DNA from: Ylistrum balloti
Lineage: Eukaryota
Assembly (NCBI RefSeq): GCF_031769215.1
Contig: NW_026782004.1
Location: 186,001-250,000, forward strand
Reading direction: 5' to 3'
Length of the DNA: 64,000 nucleotides
Shown here: piece by piece, positions 12,280 to 25,058 of the stretch
How positions within the stretch are numbered: the first letter of the stretch is position 1
Layout: every line of letters starts with the position of its first letter
Translations under genes and position numbers: made by a program
The notes under the pieces: model-generated
The model's database searches: none
Told to the model about the DNA's origin: nothing
Seen by the model: only the letters and a program-made list of their open reading frames with translations

Positions 12280-14900
12280 CACGTAATTAATATCGAGTTA
12301 TGTAATATAACACCACGTAATTAATATCGAGTTATGTAATATAACACAACGTAATTAATATCGAGTTATGTAATATAACACAACGTAATTAATATCGAGT
12401 TATGTAATATAACACCACGTAATTAATATCGAGTTATGTAATATAACACAACGTAATTAATATCGAGTTATGTAATAACACCACGTAAATACATATCCAT
12501 TATGTAATATAACACAACGTAATTAATATCGAGTTATGTAATATAACACCGCGTAAATATGTATCGAGTTATGTTATATAACACCACGTAATTAATATCG
12601 AGTTATATAACATAACAAAACGTTTGTGCATATCGCGTTACGTGATTTAAAACACACATACATATATTACTTTATGGTTTTAATGCAATGCCGGAGACTT
12701 GATTTTTATAATTTTAAAGTAATTTTTTTCTGTAATATAACACAACGTAATTAATATCGAGTTATGTAATGTAATATCGAGTTATGTAATAACACCACGT
12801 AAATACATATCGAGTTATGTAATATAACACCACGTAAATAATATCGAGTTATGTAATAACACCACGTAATTAATATCGAGTTATGTAATACAACACCACG
12901 TAAATACATATCGAGTTATGTAATATAACACCACGTAAATACATATCGAGTTATGTAATAACACCACGTAAATACATATCGAGTTATGTAATATAACACC
13001 ACGTAAATACATATCGAGTTATGTAATACAACAGCACGTAAATACATATCGAGTTATGTAATATAACACCACGTAAATACATATCGAGTTATGTAATATA
13101 ACACCACGTAAATACATATCGAGTTATGTAATACAACACCACGTAAATAATATCGAGTTATGTAAATAACACACGTAATTAATATCGAGTTATGTAATAA
13201 CACCACGTAATTAATATCGAGTTATGTAATAACAGTTATATAACACAACGTAATTAATATCGAGTTATGTAATATAACAGCACGTAAATACATATCGAGT
13301 TATGTAATACAACACCACGTAAATACATATCGAGTTATGTAATATAACACAACGTAATTAATATCGAGTTATGTAATATAACAGCACGTAAATACATATC
13401 GAGTTATGTAATATAACACCACGTAATTAATATCGAGTTATGTAATAACACCACGTAAATACATATCGAGTTATGTAATAACACCACGTAAATACATATC
13501 GAGTTATGTAATATAACACCACGTAAATACATATCGAGTTATGTAATATAACACCACGTAATTAATATCGAGTTATGTAATAACACCACGTAAATACATA
13601 TCGAGTTATGTAATATAACACCACGTAATTAATATCGAGTTATGTAATAACACCACGTAATTAATATCGAGTTATGTAATACAACACCACGTAAATACAT
13701 ATCGAGTTATGTAATATAAAACAACGTAATTATTATCGAGTTATGTAATAACACCACGTAATTAATATCGAGTTATGTAATAACACCACGTAATTAATAT
13801 CGAGTTATGTAATAACACCACGTAATTAATATCGAGTTATGTAATATAACACAACGTAATTAATATCGAGTTATGTAATAACAGCACGTAATTAATATCG
13901 AGTTATGTAATAACACCACGTAATTAATATCGAGTTATGTAATAACACCACGTAATCAATATCGAGTTATGTAATATAACACAACGTAATTAATATCGAG
14001 TTATGTATTATAACACAACGTAATTAATATCGAGTTATGTAATATAACACAACGTAATTAATATCGAGTTATGTAATATAACACCACGTAATTAATATCG
14101 AGTTATGTAATAACACCACGTAAATACATATCGAGTTATGTAATATAACACCACGTAATTAATATCGAGTTATGTAATAACACCACGTAATTAATATCGA
14201 GTTATGTAATACAACACCACGTAAATACATATCGAGTTATGTAATATAACACCACGTAATTAATATCGAGTTGTGTAATAACACCACGTAATTAATATCG
14301 AGTTATGTAATACAACACCACGTAAATACATATCGAGTTATGTAATATAACACAACGTAATTAATATCGAGTTATGTAATAACACCACGTAATTAATATC
14401 GAGTTATGTAATAACACCACGTAATTAATATCGAGTTATGTAATAACACCACGTAATTAATATCGAGTTATGTAATAACACCACGTAAATACATATCGAG
14501 TTATGTTATATAACACAACGTAATTAATATCGAGTTATGTAATAACACCACGTAAATACATATCGAGTTATGTAATACAACAGCACGTAAATACATATCG
14601 AGTTATGTAATATAACACAACGTAATTAATATCGCGTTATGTAATATAACAGCACGTAAATACATATCGAGTTATGTAATATAACACCACGTTTTTAATC
14701 TCGAGTTCTGTTATAACACCACGTAAATACATATCGAGTTATGTAATATAACACCACGTAAATACATATCGAGTTATGTAATATAACACCACGTAATTAA
14801 TATCTGTGTAATAATGACGTAAATTAATATGAGTTAATGTAATACAACACCACGTAAATACATATCGAGTTGTGTAATATAACAACGTAATTAATATGAA
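12280..14900. repeat. 32/34-bp tandem minisatellite A (CACGTAATTAATATCGAGTTATGTAAT[AT]AACAC)
   Basis: About 75 directly visible near-identical units; variants AATTAAT/AAATACAT and +/-AT. Confidence 0.97.
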
Positions 14901-16190
14901 TGTAATGTGTGTTAGTGTGTAAACGTAATTAATATGTGTGTGTTAATATAACACAACGTAATTAATATCGAGTTTGTGTAATTAATAATGTAATAACACC
15001 ACGTAAGCGAGTTATGTAATGTGTGTGTTAATGTGTAAATAATGAAGCTGTGTAACACAACGTAATTTATCGAGTGTGTAATATAACACAACGTGTGTGT
15101 GTTAATGTGTAACATAATGTAATTGTGTGTGTTAGTGTGTAACATAACGAATGTGTGTGTTAATGTAATAAATAAATAAGCCGTGTGTGTTATGTGTAAC
15201 ACCACGTAATTAATATGTGTGTTTTAATGTGTAAATAATATCTGTGTGTGTTAATGTGTAAATAATGAAGTTGTGTGTAACACCACGTGTGTAATATGAA
15301 GCTGTGTGTGTTAATGTGTAAATACATATGAGCTGTGTGTGTTAACACAACGTAATTAATATCGAAGCTGTGTGTGATAACATGTGTAATAATAAGCTGT
15401 GTGTGTTAATGTGTAAATAATGAAGCTGTGTGTGTTACAATGTGTATATGATGAAGTTGTGTGTGTGTAATTAATATCGAAATACATGTGTAAATGATGA
15501 AGTTGTGTGTGTTACAATGTGTAAATAACGTAATTAATATGTGTGTTAATATGTAAATAATGAAGTTGTGTGTGTTAATGTGTAATAAATAATGAAGTTG
15601 TGTGTAATTAATGTGTAAACGTAATAATTGTGTGTGTTAATGTGTAAATAATGAAGTTGTGTGTGTTAATGTGTAAATAATGAAGTTGTGTGTGTTAATG
15701 TGTAAATAATGAAGTTGTTTGTGATAATGTGTAATAAATAATGAAGTTGTGTGTGTTAATGTGTAAATGATGAAGTTGTGTGTGTTAATGTGTAATAAAT
15801 AATGAAGTTGTGTGTGTTAATGTGTAAATAATGAAGCTGTTGTGTTATGTGTAAATAATGAAGCTGTGTGTGTTATGTGTAAATAATGAAGCTGTGTGTG
15901 TTAATGTGTAAACATGAACATATATGTGTGTGTTAATATGTAAATAATGAATTTTTGTGTGTGTCCAATTATAGTGTAAATAATGAAGTTGTGTGTGTTA
16001 ATGTGTAAATACATGAAGTTGTGTGTGTTAATGTGTAACATAAGATGAACTCTGTGTGTGTTAATGTGTATCTTTATGCAAGTTCGTGTTGTAACGTAAT
16101 CGATTTTCCGACAAACTACAGACAGACTTGTGTGTGTTATATGTGTACACATGGTATGAAGTTGTGTGTGTTAATGTGTAATAAATTCAA
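14900..16190. repeat. Mosaic A/B zone grading into 29-bp minisatellite B (ATAATGAAGTTGTGTGTGTTAATGTGTAA)
   Basis: Fragments of units A and B are interleaved at about 14800-15550, then pure B follows. Confidence 0.9.
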
Positions 16191-17619
16191 GTGGCCTTCA
16201 TGCCTTCCGGGAAATTGTCATCCTTCACAAAATCCACAGAAATATCGTCCATATGTAAATAATGTCAGGTACACGTCAAGTTTCTGTACCAATAACACAC
16301 ACTGACAGGTCTATCTAATTACACGTGATTTATATGACAAGTGTTACGTCAAGCAACGCCATAAAGACATAATAATAGTTGCTTTTGCTGAATATGATAA
16401 TTGACAAGCATTTGAAGGATAAGGATTTATTATATAGGTCAAAAAGGCTATTTAGATTTATCAATTTCATGGTATATTACCGATGTCTACGTTGCCTATC
16501 TCACTATACATTTACATTTCCTACCGATACAGGTACAACCATGAACTACCATGTAAATACCTGTACAAAATGTATATACATTTTGCTCCATGTCAACAAG
16601 CTACTTATTGAAGTCTTCTCATCTTTGTTTATATTTTTCATTTTTTCTCGACAATTTTTTCTTCGTATGAGGAAGATTGAAACAGAATAATAATCATTTC
16701 ATGTTTCCTTTGATCATTGGTTCTATATGTCGGTATATATTAAACAGGCTGATCTGGCGCAGCTGTGTGAGATCTATGTGTTAGATGTCGAGATGGATGG
16801 TCTATCTGGAGACGTATTGTGTGTTTACGCCGATATAAGGCGTGAAATTGATTGGTAACATATGTTTGTCCAAGTTTAGTAGATTATTCTTGTGTTAAAA
16901 AAACCGTTTTTGCTAATAATGTATCGTTTATTTGTTCTGTGGCGATGGTGGTGGTGGTGATTAGGCGAGAAGTTATACCAAAAATAACAGATCAATTAAT
17001 GAAAGTTGATACAATTGTGCAAGCTTTGTCAGTCTTCTGTCAATTTAACCTCCGATGTTAGCAGGTGTATGTCCTGTTTTTGGTTTAGGTCACAGCAGTT
17101 TGTCCAGTCATATTAATGACAACGGTAATTGAATTGACGCAATTCAAACTTTCCTTTTCAACGCGTGAAAATCACAAAGCGACAAGTGGAGGCGGGGAAT
17201 GGTGACAGCTAGGCCTCCTATGTAAGCTCGGGGCCCGGGGCTCTGTTGACTAGACAGATAGTTGTCCACGACCTCACGTTTAACTACTTACTTTACGTCA
17301 ACGCGTATGCGTTATGTGACATAAGAAATACTGATAATCATAACGCATATTAATTACGACGACCACCATACAAATTACGCATTAGGTGGCCATGTTAGCA
17401 CAGGACTTTACTGCAGTGCACTGGTCAGCACAATCAATGATCAAGGATCTGCGGACATGTCCAATGAAGACATATGATATGTCAGAAACAGGTACTTAAC
17501 TTGTAGATAAAATATCAGTTATCTACCTGTGTGACCGCCGAATAGGCACGCAAAACATACAGTACTGCGGAGTTGTCGCCATTGTTACATGGTTGCATAT
17601 GTGATTGATGAAACTGTAC

Positions 17620-19360
17620 GAGACAATTTTGATGAAGATGTATGGGATAATGTGTAAATGATGAAACTGTATGTGATACTGTGTAAATGATGAAGCTGTA
17701 TGTGATACTGTGTAAATGATATAAATGTATGAGTTAATGTGTAATAAATAATGAAGTTGTGTGTAATAATGTAAATGAATCTGTGTGTGTTAGTGTGTAA
17801 ATAATGAAGCTGTGTGTGTTAATGTGTAAATAATGAAGCTGTTTGTGATAATGTGTAAATAATGAAGCTGTGTGTGTTAATGTGTAAATAATGAAGCTGT
17901 GTGTTTTAGTGTGTAAATAATGAAGTTGTGTGTGTTAATGTGTAAATAATGAAGTTGTGTGTGTTAGTGTGTAAATAATGAAGCTGTGTGTGTTAATGTG
18001 TAAATAATGAAGCTGTGTGTGTTAATGTGTAAATAATGAAGCTGTGTGTGTTAATGTGTAAATGATGAAGTTGTGTGTGTTAATGTGTAAATAATGAAGT
18101 TGTGTGTGTTCATATGTAAATAATGAAGTTGTGTGTGTTTATATGTAAATAATTAAGCTGTGTGTGTTCATATGTAAATAATGAAGCTGTGTGTGTTAAT
18201 GTGTAAATAATGAAGTTGTGTGTGTTAATGTGTAAATGATGAAGTTGTGTGTGTTAATGTGTAAATAATGAAGTTGTGTGTGTTAATGTGTAAATAATGA
18301 AGCTGTGTGTGTTAATGTGTAAATAATGAAGTTGTGTGTGTTAATGTGTAAATAATGAAGCTGTGTGTGTTAATATGTAAATAATGAAGTTGTGTGTATT
18401 AATGTGTAAATAATGAAGTTGTGTGTGTTAATGTGTAAATGATGAAGTTGTGTGTGTTAATGTGTAAATGATGAAGTTGTGTGTGTTAATGTGTAAATAA
18501 TGAAGCTGTGTGTGTTAATGTGTAAATAATGAAGCTGTGTGTGTTAATGTGTAAATAATGAAGTTGTGTGTGTTAATGTGTAAATAATGAAGTTGTGTGT
18601 GTTAATGTGTAAATAATGAAGTTGTGTGTGTTAATGTGTAAATAATGAAGCTGTGTGTGTTAATGTGTAAATAATGAAGTTGTGTGTGTTAATGTGTAAA
18701 TAATGAAGTTGTGTGTGTTAATGTGTAAATGATGAAGTTGTGTGTGTTAATGTGTAAATAATGAAGTTGTGTGTGTTAATGTGTAAATAATGAAGCTGTG
18801 TGTGTTAATGTGTAAATAATGAAGTTGTGTGTGTTAATGTGTAAATGATGAAGTTGTGTGTGTTAATGTGTAAATAATGAAGTTGTGTGTGTTAATGTGT
18901 AAATGATGAAGTTGTGTGTGTTAATGTGTAAATAATGAAGTTGTGTGTGTTCATCTGTAAATAATGAAGTTGTGTGTGTTAATGTGTAAATAATGAAGCT
19001 GTGTGTGTTAATGTGTAAATAATGAAGTTGTGTGTGTTAATGTGTAATAAATAATGAAGTTGTGTGTGATAATGTGTAAATGATGAAGTTGTGTGTGTTA
19101 ATGTGTAAATAATGAAGTTGTTTGTGATAATGTGTAAATAATGAAGCTGTGTGTGATAATGCGTAAATAATGAAGCTGTGTGTGTTAATGTGTAGATAAT
19201 GAAGCTGTTTGTGATAATGTGTAAATAATGAAGCTGTGTGTGTTAATGTGTAAATAATGAAGCTGTATGTGATAATGTGTAATAAATAATGAAGTTGTGT
19301 GTGTTAATGTGTAAATGATGAAGTTGTATGTGATAATGTGCAAATAATGACGTTGTATGT
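17620..19360. repeat. 29-bp minisatellite B, second block (~58 units)
   Basis: 29-bp period visible (e.g. 18560 to 18589), with degenerate edges. Confidence 0.97.
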
Positions 19361-21099
19361 GATTATTGAAATTAATTTAATTTTTGATCCGCCTGTAATA
19401 ATTCAATATTTAATGGCTCATTTGAATAATTGTTAAACATATTAATGTTTACAGTGAAAATAGAATGGCGTATTTTGATGAGTGTTTTATATGATATAGA
19501 GTTGATGCATAAGTAAATAATTGGAAAAATACACAACACGGGAAATCATTTATGACGTAAAATATGTTGGTTTTTTACTTTACATTCCAAAACATAGTGA
19601 TGTTTACGTGAAAAAAATGTCGAAACCGTAAATAAAAAAAAATGTTAGTTTTAAAATTAGTTCAAAGAGTAAAATAACAATTCATGAATGTACGTATCCT
19701 TGCTCACAACTGCAGAGCCAAATAACGGGAGAGTCCTGGTTCCCTACCGGCTGTAAAACCCTGTGAGATCAAAATGTAATTATCACATTGCTTTCTTTCA
19801 GAGGTAATCAACCCCCTGTCTCAGAAATTATATTGATCCATCACTCAACTAATTTTGTTTAAGGTAAATACTGAAATTTTTAACGATTCATATTTAGATA
19901 TACTGATTACCCCTATAATCAACGCACTTTTTGATGCATGTTAAGGACACTGCGCGCTGTAAATGGTGGACGCGACAGGTGAAAAGTGTAAAGCTTTAGC
20001 TTGTTAGCATGGCGACTTAATCATACCAAGTAACTCAAAAGTATCACACCATCCATAGGAATATCACATTCTATTCAGAAAACATGTTTTATTACAGAAA
20101 CACGTCTATCCTTTTCAATGTACACTACGTACATGAATACGTGTATCCGACACAAACATATGTACCATATCTACGCTACATAAACATGTATGTAAAACGA
20201 GACTCGTGAAGAAAGTCTGTGATAATGAAATTTAACTACTGTAGATTTTACAAGACAGTGACTGACTATGCCGTTTAAACCCCTAGTCAGTCGCCTGGAT
20301 TGTATGTATATCTTTAATTCAAATGTCAAGGACATTAATGTTTATGACAAATTCTTTCCTTTTAAAACAGGTGAACGGCTGCTTTTACTTAGCATTATAG
20401 TAGAATGCGCCCTAGATAAAAAAAAAGCAGTTAAGTGTTTTGCTATAGGCTAATACGACAATGTTTGTATATGTAATAACTTGTAGAGAGATAGTACATT
20501 GTATATTAAGGTCAGTCCATAAATTGTTTAAAATAGTTTACATACATTGCCTACCATGTCCTGAAAATGAAAACCGCCAAGCGCGAACCCTAGGGTTAAT
20601 ACTCACACTATCAGATATTTGAATGTTAAACGATTTCTTAGGAATGTAGACCTACACAACAAAGCCTAAAGACATATGACATAGGTGGTTTATTTACTAA
20701 AATAGATCGAAATTGGCGATTTGGCGCAAAGTTAAATTAAATCGGTTAAACACGACAAATTCTTGACCTAAAAATTCAATTCAACAATACAAAAGGAATT
20801 CCTATACACATAGTTCTGGTACAGGAAACGCCATAAATATTGTTTCTTGTCTTTATCGCGAGGTGAAGTCAATTGTGGCAAAAACAAAGAGATGTTGTTG
20901 ATGTTGTTGTAAAATATAATAGCTTCACAAGGCTTCGTACTTAGTCCCCTTAAACAACTAGGGGTCAAATGTACAGCGAAGAAATCTTCCTAATATTTTA
21001 CTAGCAAGACGTTTTGATTAACGCCAATCAAGACTGTTAAAATTGATCTACTGTCAGTGGTATAATGTTTTTTTCCCTTAGTCTACCAAGAGGTTGATT

Positions 21100-22150
21100 G
21101 TCATTATGTTTGACCCCTACCCAAACTACAGTATCTTTAACCGTTTACAGGTCATTGCGACCTGTTCACGCGATTCCATTTCTCAGTCATGCGGCTGTAA
21201 TTTTTTTTTTTTTTTACATTTGCGACTAATTGTTTTTTGGAAAGCCGCTGTACCAATATCAATGAAATTCTGCAGAATTTAACACACCCCCTTTATTCCC
21301 TACCCTCTACCCAAAATTCAATATCTTGAACCATTTACATGTCATATCGACCTGTTGCGACCCTTTTCTCTGTCGTGCGTTTAAATTATTTTTTTTAATA
21401 ATTTGTGACTCTTTCTGAAACTAAACAAATTTCAACGAAACTCTGCAGAATTTAAGCCCCACCCCCTCTAAACCCTACCCTCTATCCCTATTTCTGAAAA
21501 AAACCCATTTCAATGAAACTTTGCAGAATTCTTCCATACCCTCAACCCCAAATCCTGTTCTCTCTACTCTGTCCCTTCTATCCCTTATCCTGCCCCATGT
21601 ACCCGTACCTCTACCCCTACACGCGACCATGGCGAATAAGAAAAAATATGATCATTATTGCTATTTCTTAATAGGAATTTACAAATTTCCCATTCTTGAG
21701 AGCAAAAATAGAGAGAAAAATAAAGAATGGGAATGATGCAACTTTTAGAGATACCGAATTTCTCTGTATTAAAAGGAGCTATTCACTTGAGTGTGTTTTG
21801 GACAATCTAAGTCCGTCATCACTGTTATAACGGTATATCATTGGGTATAACAATGATTTGTAATCTATTTCTTCTTATAGTATAAACAATTACATAGTCG
21901 ACCGTATTAGGGAAAAGTGTTGTATGTTCAAACCTCTACCTCCTACCCTCTACTCTAACCCCTACCTCCTACTCTCTGCCCTGTACTTTGTACCCTGCGC
22001 CCACTACCCACTACCCGCTACCTCCTACTCTAATCCCTACCCTCTACCCCATACTCTCGATCCTATCCTCTATTCCCACCCCCTTACCCTCTTCCTCTAT
22101 CCTCTACCCCCTACCGCTACCTCTTCTCTCCATCCTCTTCCCTTAAACAT
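21100..22150. repeat. Two degenerate ~200-bp direct repeats followed by C-rich (CTACCCT)-like low-complexity sequence
   Basis: The block ...gtcattgcgacctgtt...tcaatgaaattctgcagaatttaa recurs at about 21130 and 21320; many ctaccc/ctctaccc units at 21290-22140. Confidence 0.6.
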
Positions 22151-23563
22151 GACATTAAACATGACATCATACATGTTTTATCTATGCCATCACTGCAAGA
22201 GGAGTTAGTTTTGTTGAAACTTCGTGTTTCGGCGCTTTGGAGCGGGAAAATGGGGGTGGGGGATGGGAGTGGGTTGGACCCAATAAGAGAAATTGTACCA
22301 GTTGTTAAAATCAGTATCATTCTGTAGAAATACTTGGATGTTGTTTCAGTTTGGCAAGCCTAAGCATACCTGGTTGAAAAAAGGAATCAGTTTTGTATCA
22401 TCGGTGGATCTAAACCCTAGGGTGGGAGAAATTGGATAAAATAGGAAAAATAAGGAAAATTCTTTATAAGCATTCTTTTTATGTAGGCAATGCATGGATT
22501 CTGTCCCAATTTGATCTGAGACATAATTTGGTGAAGGGGATCAATGTATAAACAGTAGTCCCCCCTCCAATGTCCGCTGGGAAAGGAGGTACGTGGACAA
22601 ATACAAATGTAGCGGAAAAGGAGCAAATTCTATAAAATCCTTCTTCTATTGGTACTGAAGACAGTGCATGTAACACCCCCTTTGTAAGGAGGGACAATTA
22701 TATTAAGGGTACATTGATACGAGTGTTTTCAATTATTTTTCTTTTATTTTGATTTATTTTTTTAAAAAAATGAGTGCACCTAACACCCTTTGTGGGGAGC
22801 CTCGGGGATAAGTACATTACGTGGTTTTAAATACAAGTGTTATAAATTCTTTTTCTTTTAGTTTATATTAAACAACTTTCAGCAAACTAAACCAGATGGG
22901 CAATACAGGTGCCATTAGCGCCTTGTTAGAAGTTTGCAAAAGTATCATCATTAACTCATCAACTTGTTATCATAACTATAGTAATTACTATATCAATATT
23001 ATTATCATTATTGAGATGAATAAAATAATGTATCAATTATGATCAGATTAATTCTACTTGTATTGAGGGGAGGGAGAGGGGAGGGGAGAGTGCGGTTTTT
23101 ATTTTGATGTAACTTGTGGCATTTACCATACCTCCACTCTAAAGTCGGAATCTTTGTTACTAATTATCATGTAATTAGTCGGCTGCCTTTCATTATCACC
23201 TGAGACTACAGGTTGTCTTTTGACCAGTAATCATTCCTTGACACGAAAAATTGAATTAAACGACACTCGCTGCTAGAGTTAGTTTATTAATGAAAATAAA
23301 CGGGAAAAAATAACAACAACAGGGATCGAACGTGTGACGCCGTGAAAATACAATATTTTTTCTATATTTTATTAAAAAAAAAAAAAAAAAGCAGCTGTTC
23401 ATTTACAGGTAAATGCATTGTATGTAAAAACCACACGTGTTATATATGCACAAGTGCCAATAGCAGCTCATATTCACCACTTCCACGCGCGTCATTTTGT
23501 ACTAAAGCATAGCTACAGTAATATATAACAGAGTATTGTCTGTAACTCAGACACAATTACATT

Positions 23564-23860
23564 TGGAATAGAAGTTCTTATAACCCAGCCAGTAGAATAT
23601 TAGAGTGTGGCGTTTCAATGACTACACGGTCACCTTCATCAGTCAAATGACCAGTGTAGAGCGTACTAACACTGACGTACGTAGTGTACGAGATGGTAAG
23701 GAATCGACCAACTTTTACCGCTGTAATATAATCCTATGTATACTAAGGTCTAAAATAGTGTGACGAGATGGTGAACAGATTACAGACCAGAAACACGTGA
23801 TGTGGCAAAAATGTACTGTAACCATTTCGGCTAAGCTTTGTTCAACACTTGGTTATAGAT
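23564..23860 (-). mobile_element. Hammerhead-motif repeat (Penelope pLTR/retrozyme-like), dispersed copy with degenerate cleavage site
   Basis: Aligns over about 280 bp with the arms at 31534-32053. Minus strand reads CTGATGA-A-GGTGAC-CGTGTA-GTCATT-GAAAC-GCC. Confidence 0.7.
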
Positions 23861-24915
23861 GTGCGAAGGTCTGTCTGTCTGAATATTGATTGCTGCATGT
23901 CATAGGGATAGAAGGAACAGGGTGGAGAAGAGGGTAGAGGGTAGAGGGTACCAGCATCAGGTACATCTTCACGTGCTCATGGCAAGAGGCCAAATATAAA
24001 CCTTTATACCCTTGTCAAGCTATGTGATCAAAGGGACGTCAGCAAGTAAGTAAGAGGTAACATGAACTTAAAGTTAGTTAGCGGATTGATTATGCGTACT
24101 CGGTCATGAAGATATATACCAATAAATAAAATGCGGAAGTCTGATCAGATTGTTGTTCATTACTACAATATATTACTTATATCCGCAAGACTTTAACGGA
24201 CGGTGCAAAACTCCTTAATTTGGTGTTAACTTGTGACGACACAGATGTGGGCTACCCATATATCTTGGAAGCGGACCAAACATTTTATCATATAATATGA
24301 AGTATTTTATAGTTAAACATAGCAAAACACTCATGGTAAACTTGAATGGTATGGCAATGGTTGACAAATGATATCCTGTAAGGCTCATGAGATTTGTTTT
24401 GTTAGTGAACATTTTGGCCAGCTGTCTTAACTCTGCATTTATATTATAGTGGGAAGTTTTATTAACAATGGAAATCGGTAAAAACTGAAACTGGAATTGT
24501 TGCTCTATCTCACAATGTCGGCCAGGTATGTTAGAATATATAAAATTTTACTTCGTTCTCATTTGAGAATGTGGCGTATTTTAAATATTTTATCAAAGTC
24601 TGCATGTAAATAATTCTATTGCCATTGTTTGAGATTGAATACTTTCAAGTATTATTATTATTGCTATTTATTAAAGGTAAATAAACAGACACAATCCTAG
24701 ACAAGTTCACATTAGTGTTTATTTCGCCCTGATTATAATATATTTCTGTATTTCAATCGGCATAAGGTAGTGTCAGGCCTAGTTTAGAATTACGATAATT
24801 ATATGTTCTGTAACTGATACAAATTTTTAATGGTTAACCTTTACATTTCGCTTGCCGCCTAGTGATTCCGAAATTATTATTTATTTATTATCAATTTCTG
24901 TTGCCAATTTCCATT

Positions 24916-24970
24916 CCGGATGTAGCCGTGACCGGTGTTGTTTTCATATTTTACTAATTTTCAATATGGC
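24916..24970 (+). promoter_or_regulatory. Candidate MRPS34 promoter elements: ETS-like CCGGATGT (24916-24923) and YY1-like AATATGGC (24963-24970)
   Basis: Motif matches 90-140 bp upstream of the ATG; not functionally verified. Confidence 0.35.
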
Positions 24971-25058
24971 TGCGTTTGTCACGTTTTGAGAAACTTCAAT
25001 TTATTTATACATCTTTCATTCATTTTAATATATTAACAATTAGGAAATCTTTGTAAAT

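Noticed and set aside
17306-17349. 11-bp inverted repeat as a miRNA precursor
   Set aside because: The hairpin is only 44 nt and matches no mature miRNA I recognise; kept only as part of the island finding.
12280-19360. Regular short repeats as a CRISPR array; His/Thr-rich ORFs at 14912 and 15901
   Set aside because: Eukaryotic context, no unique spacers and no cas genes; these are head-to-tail minisatellites.
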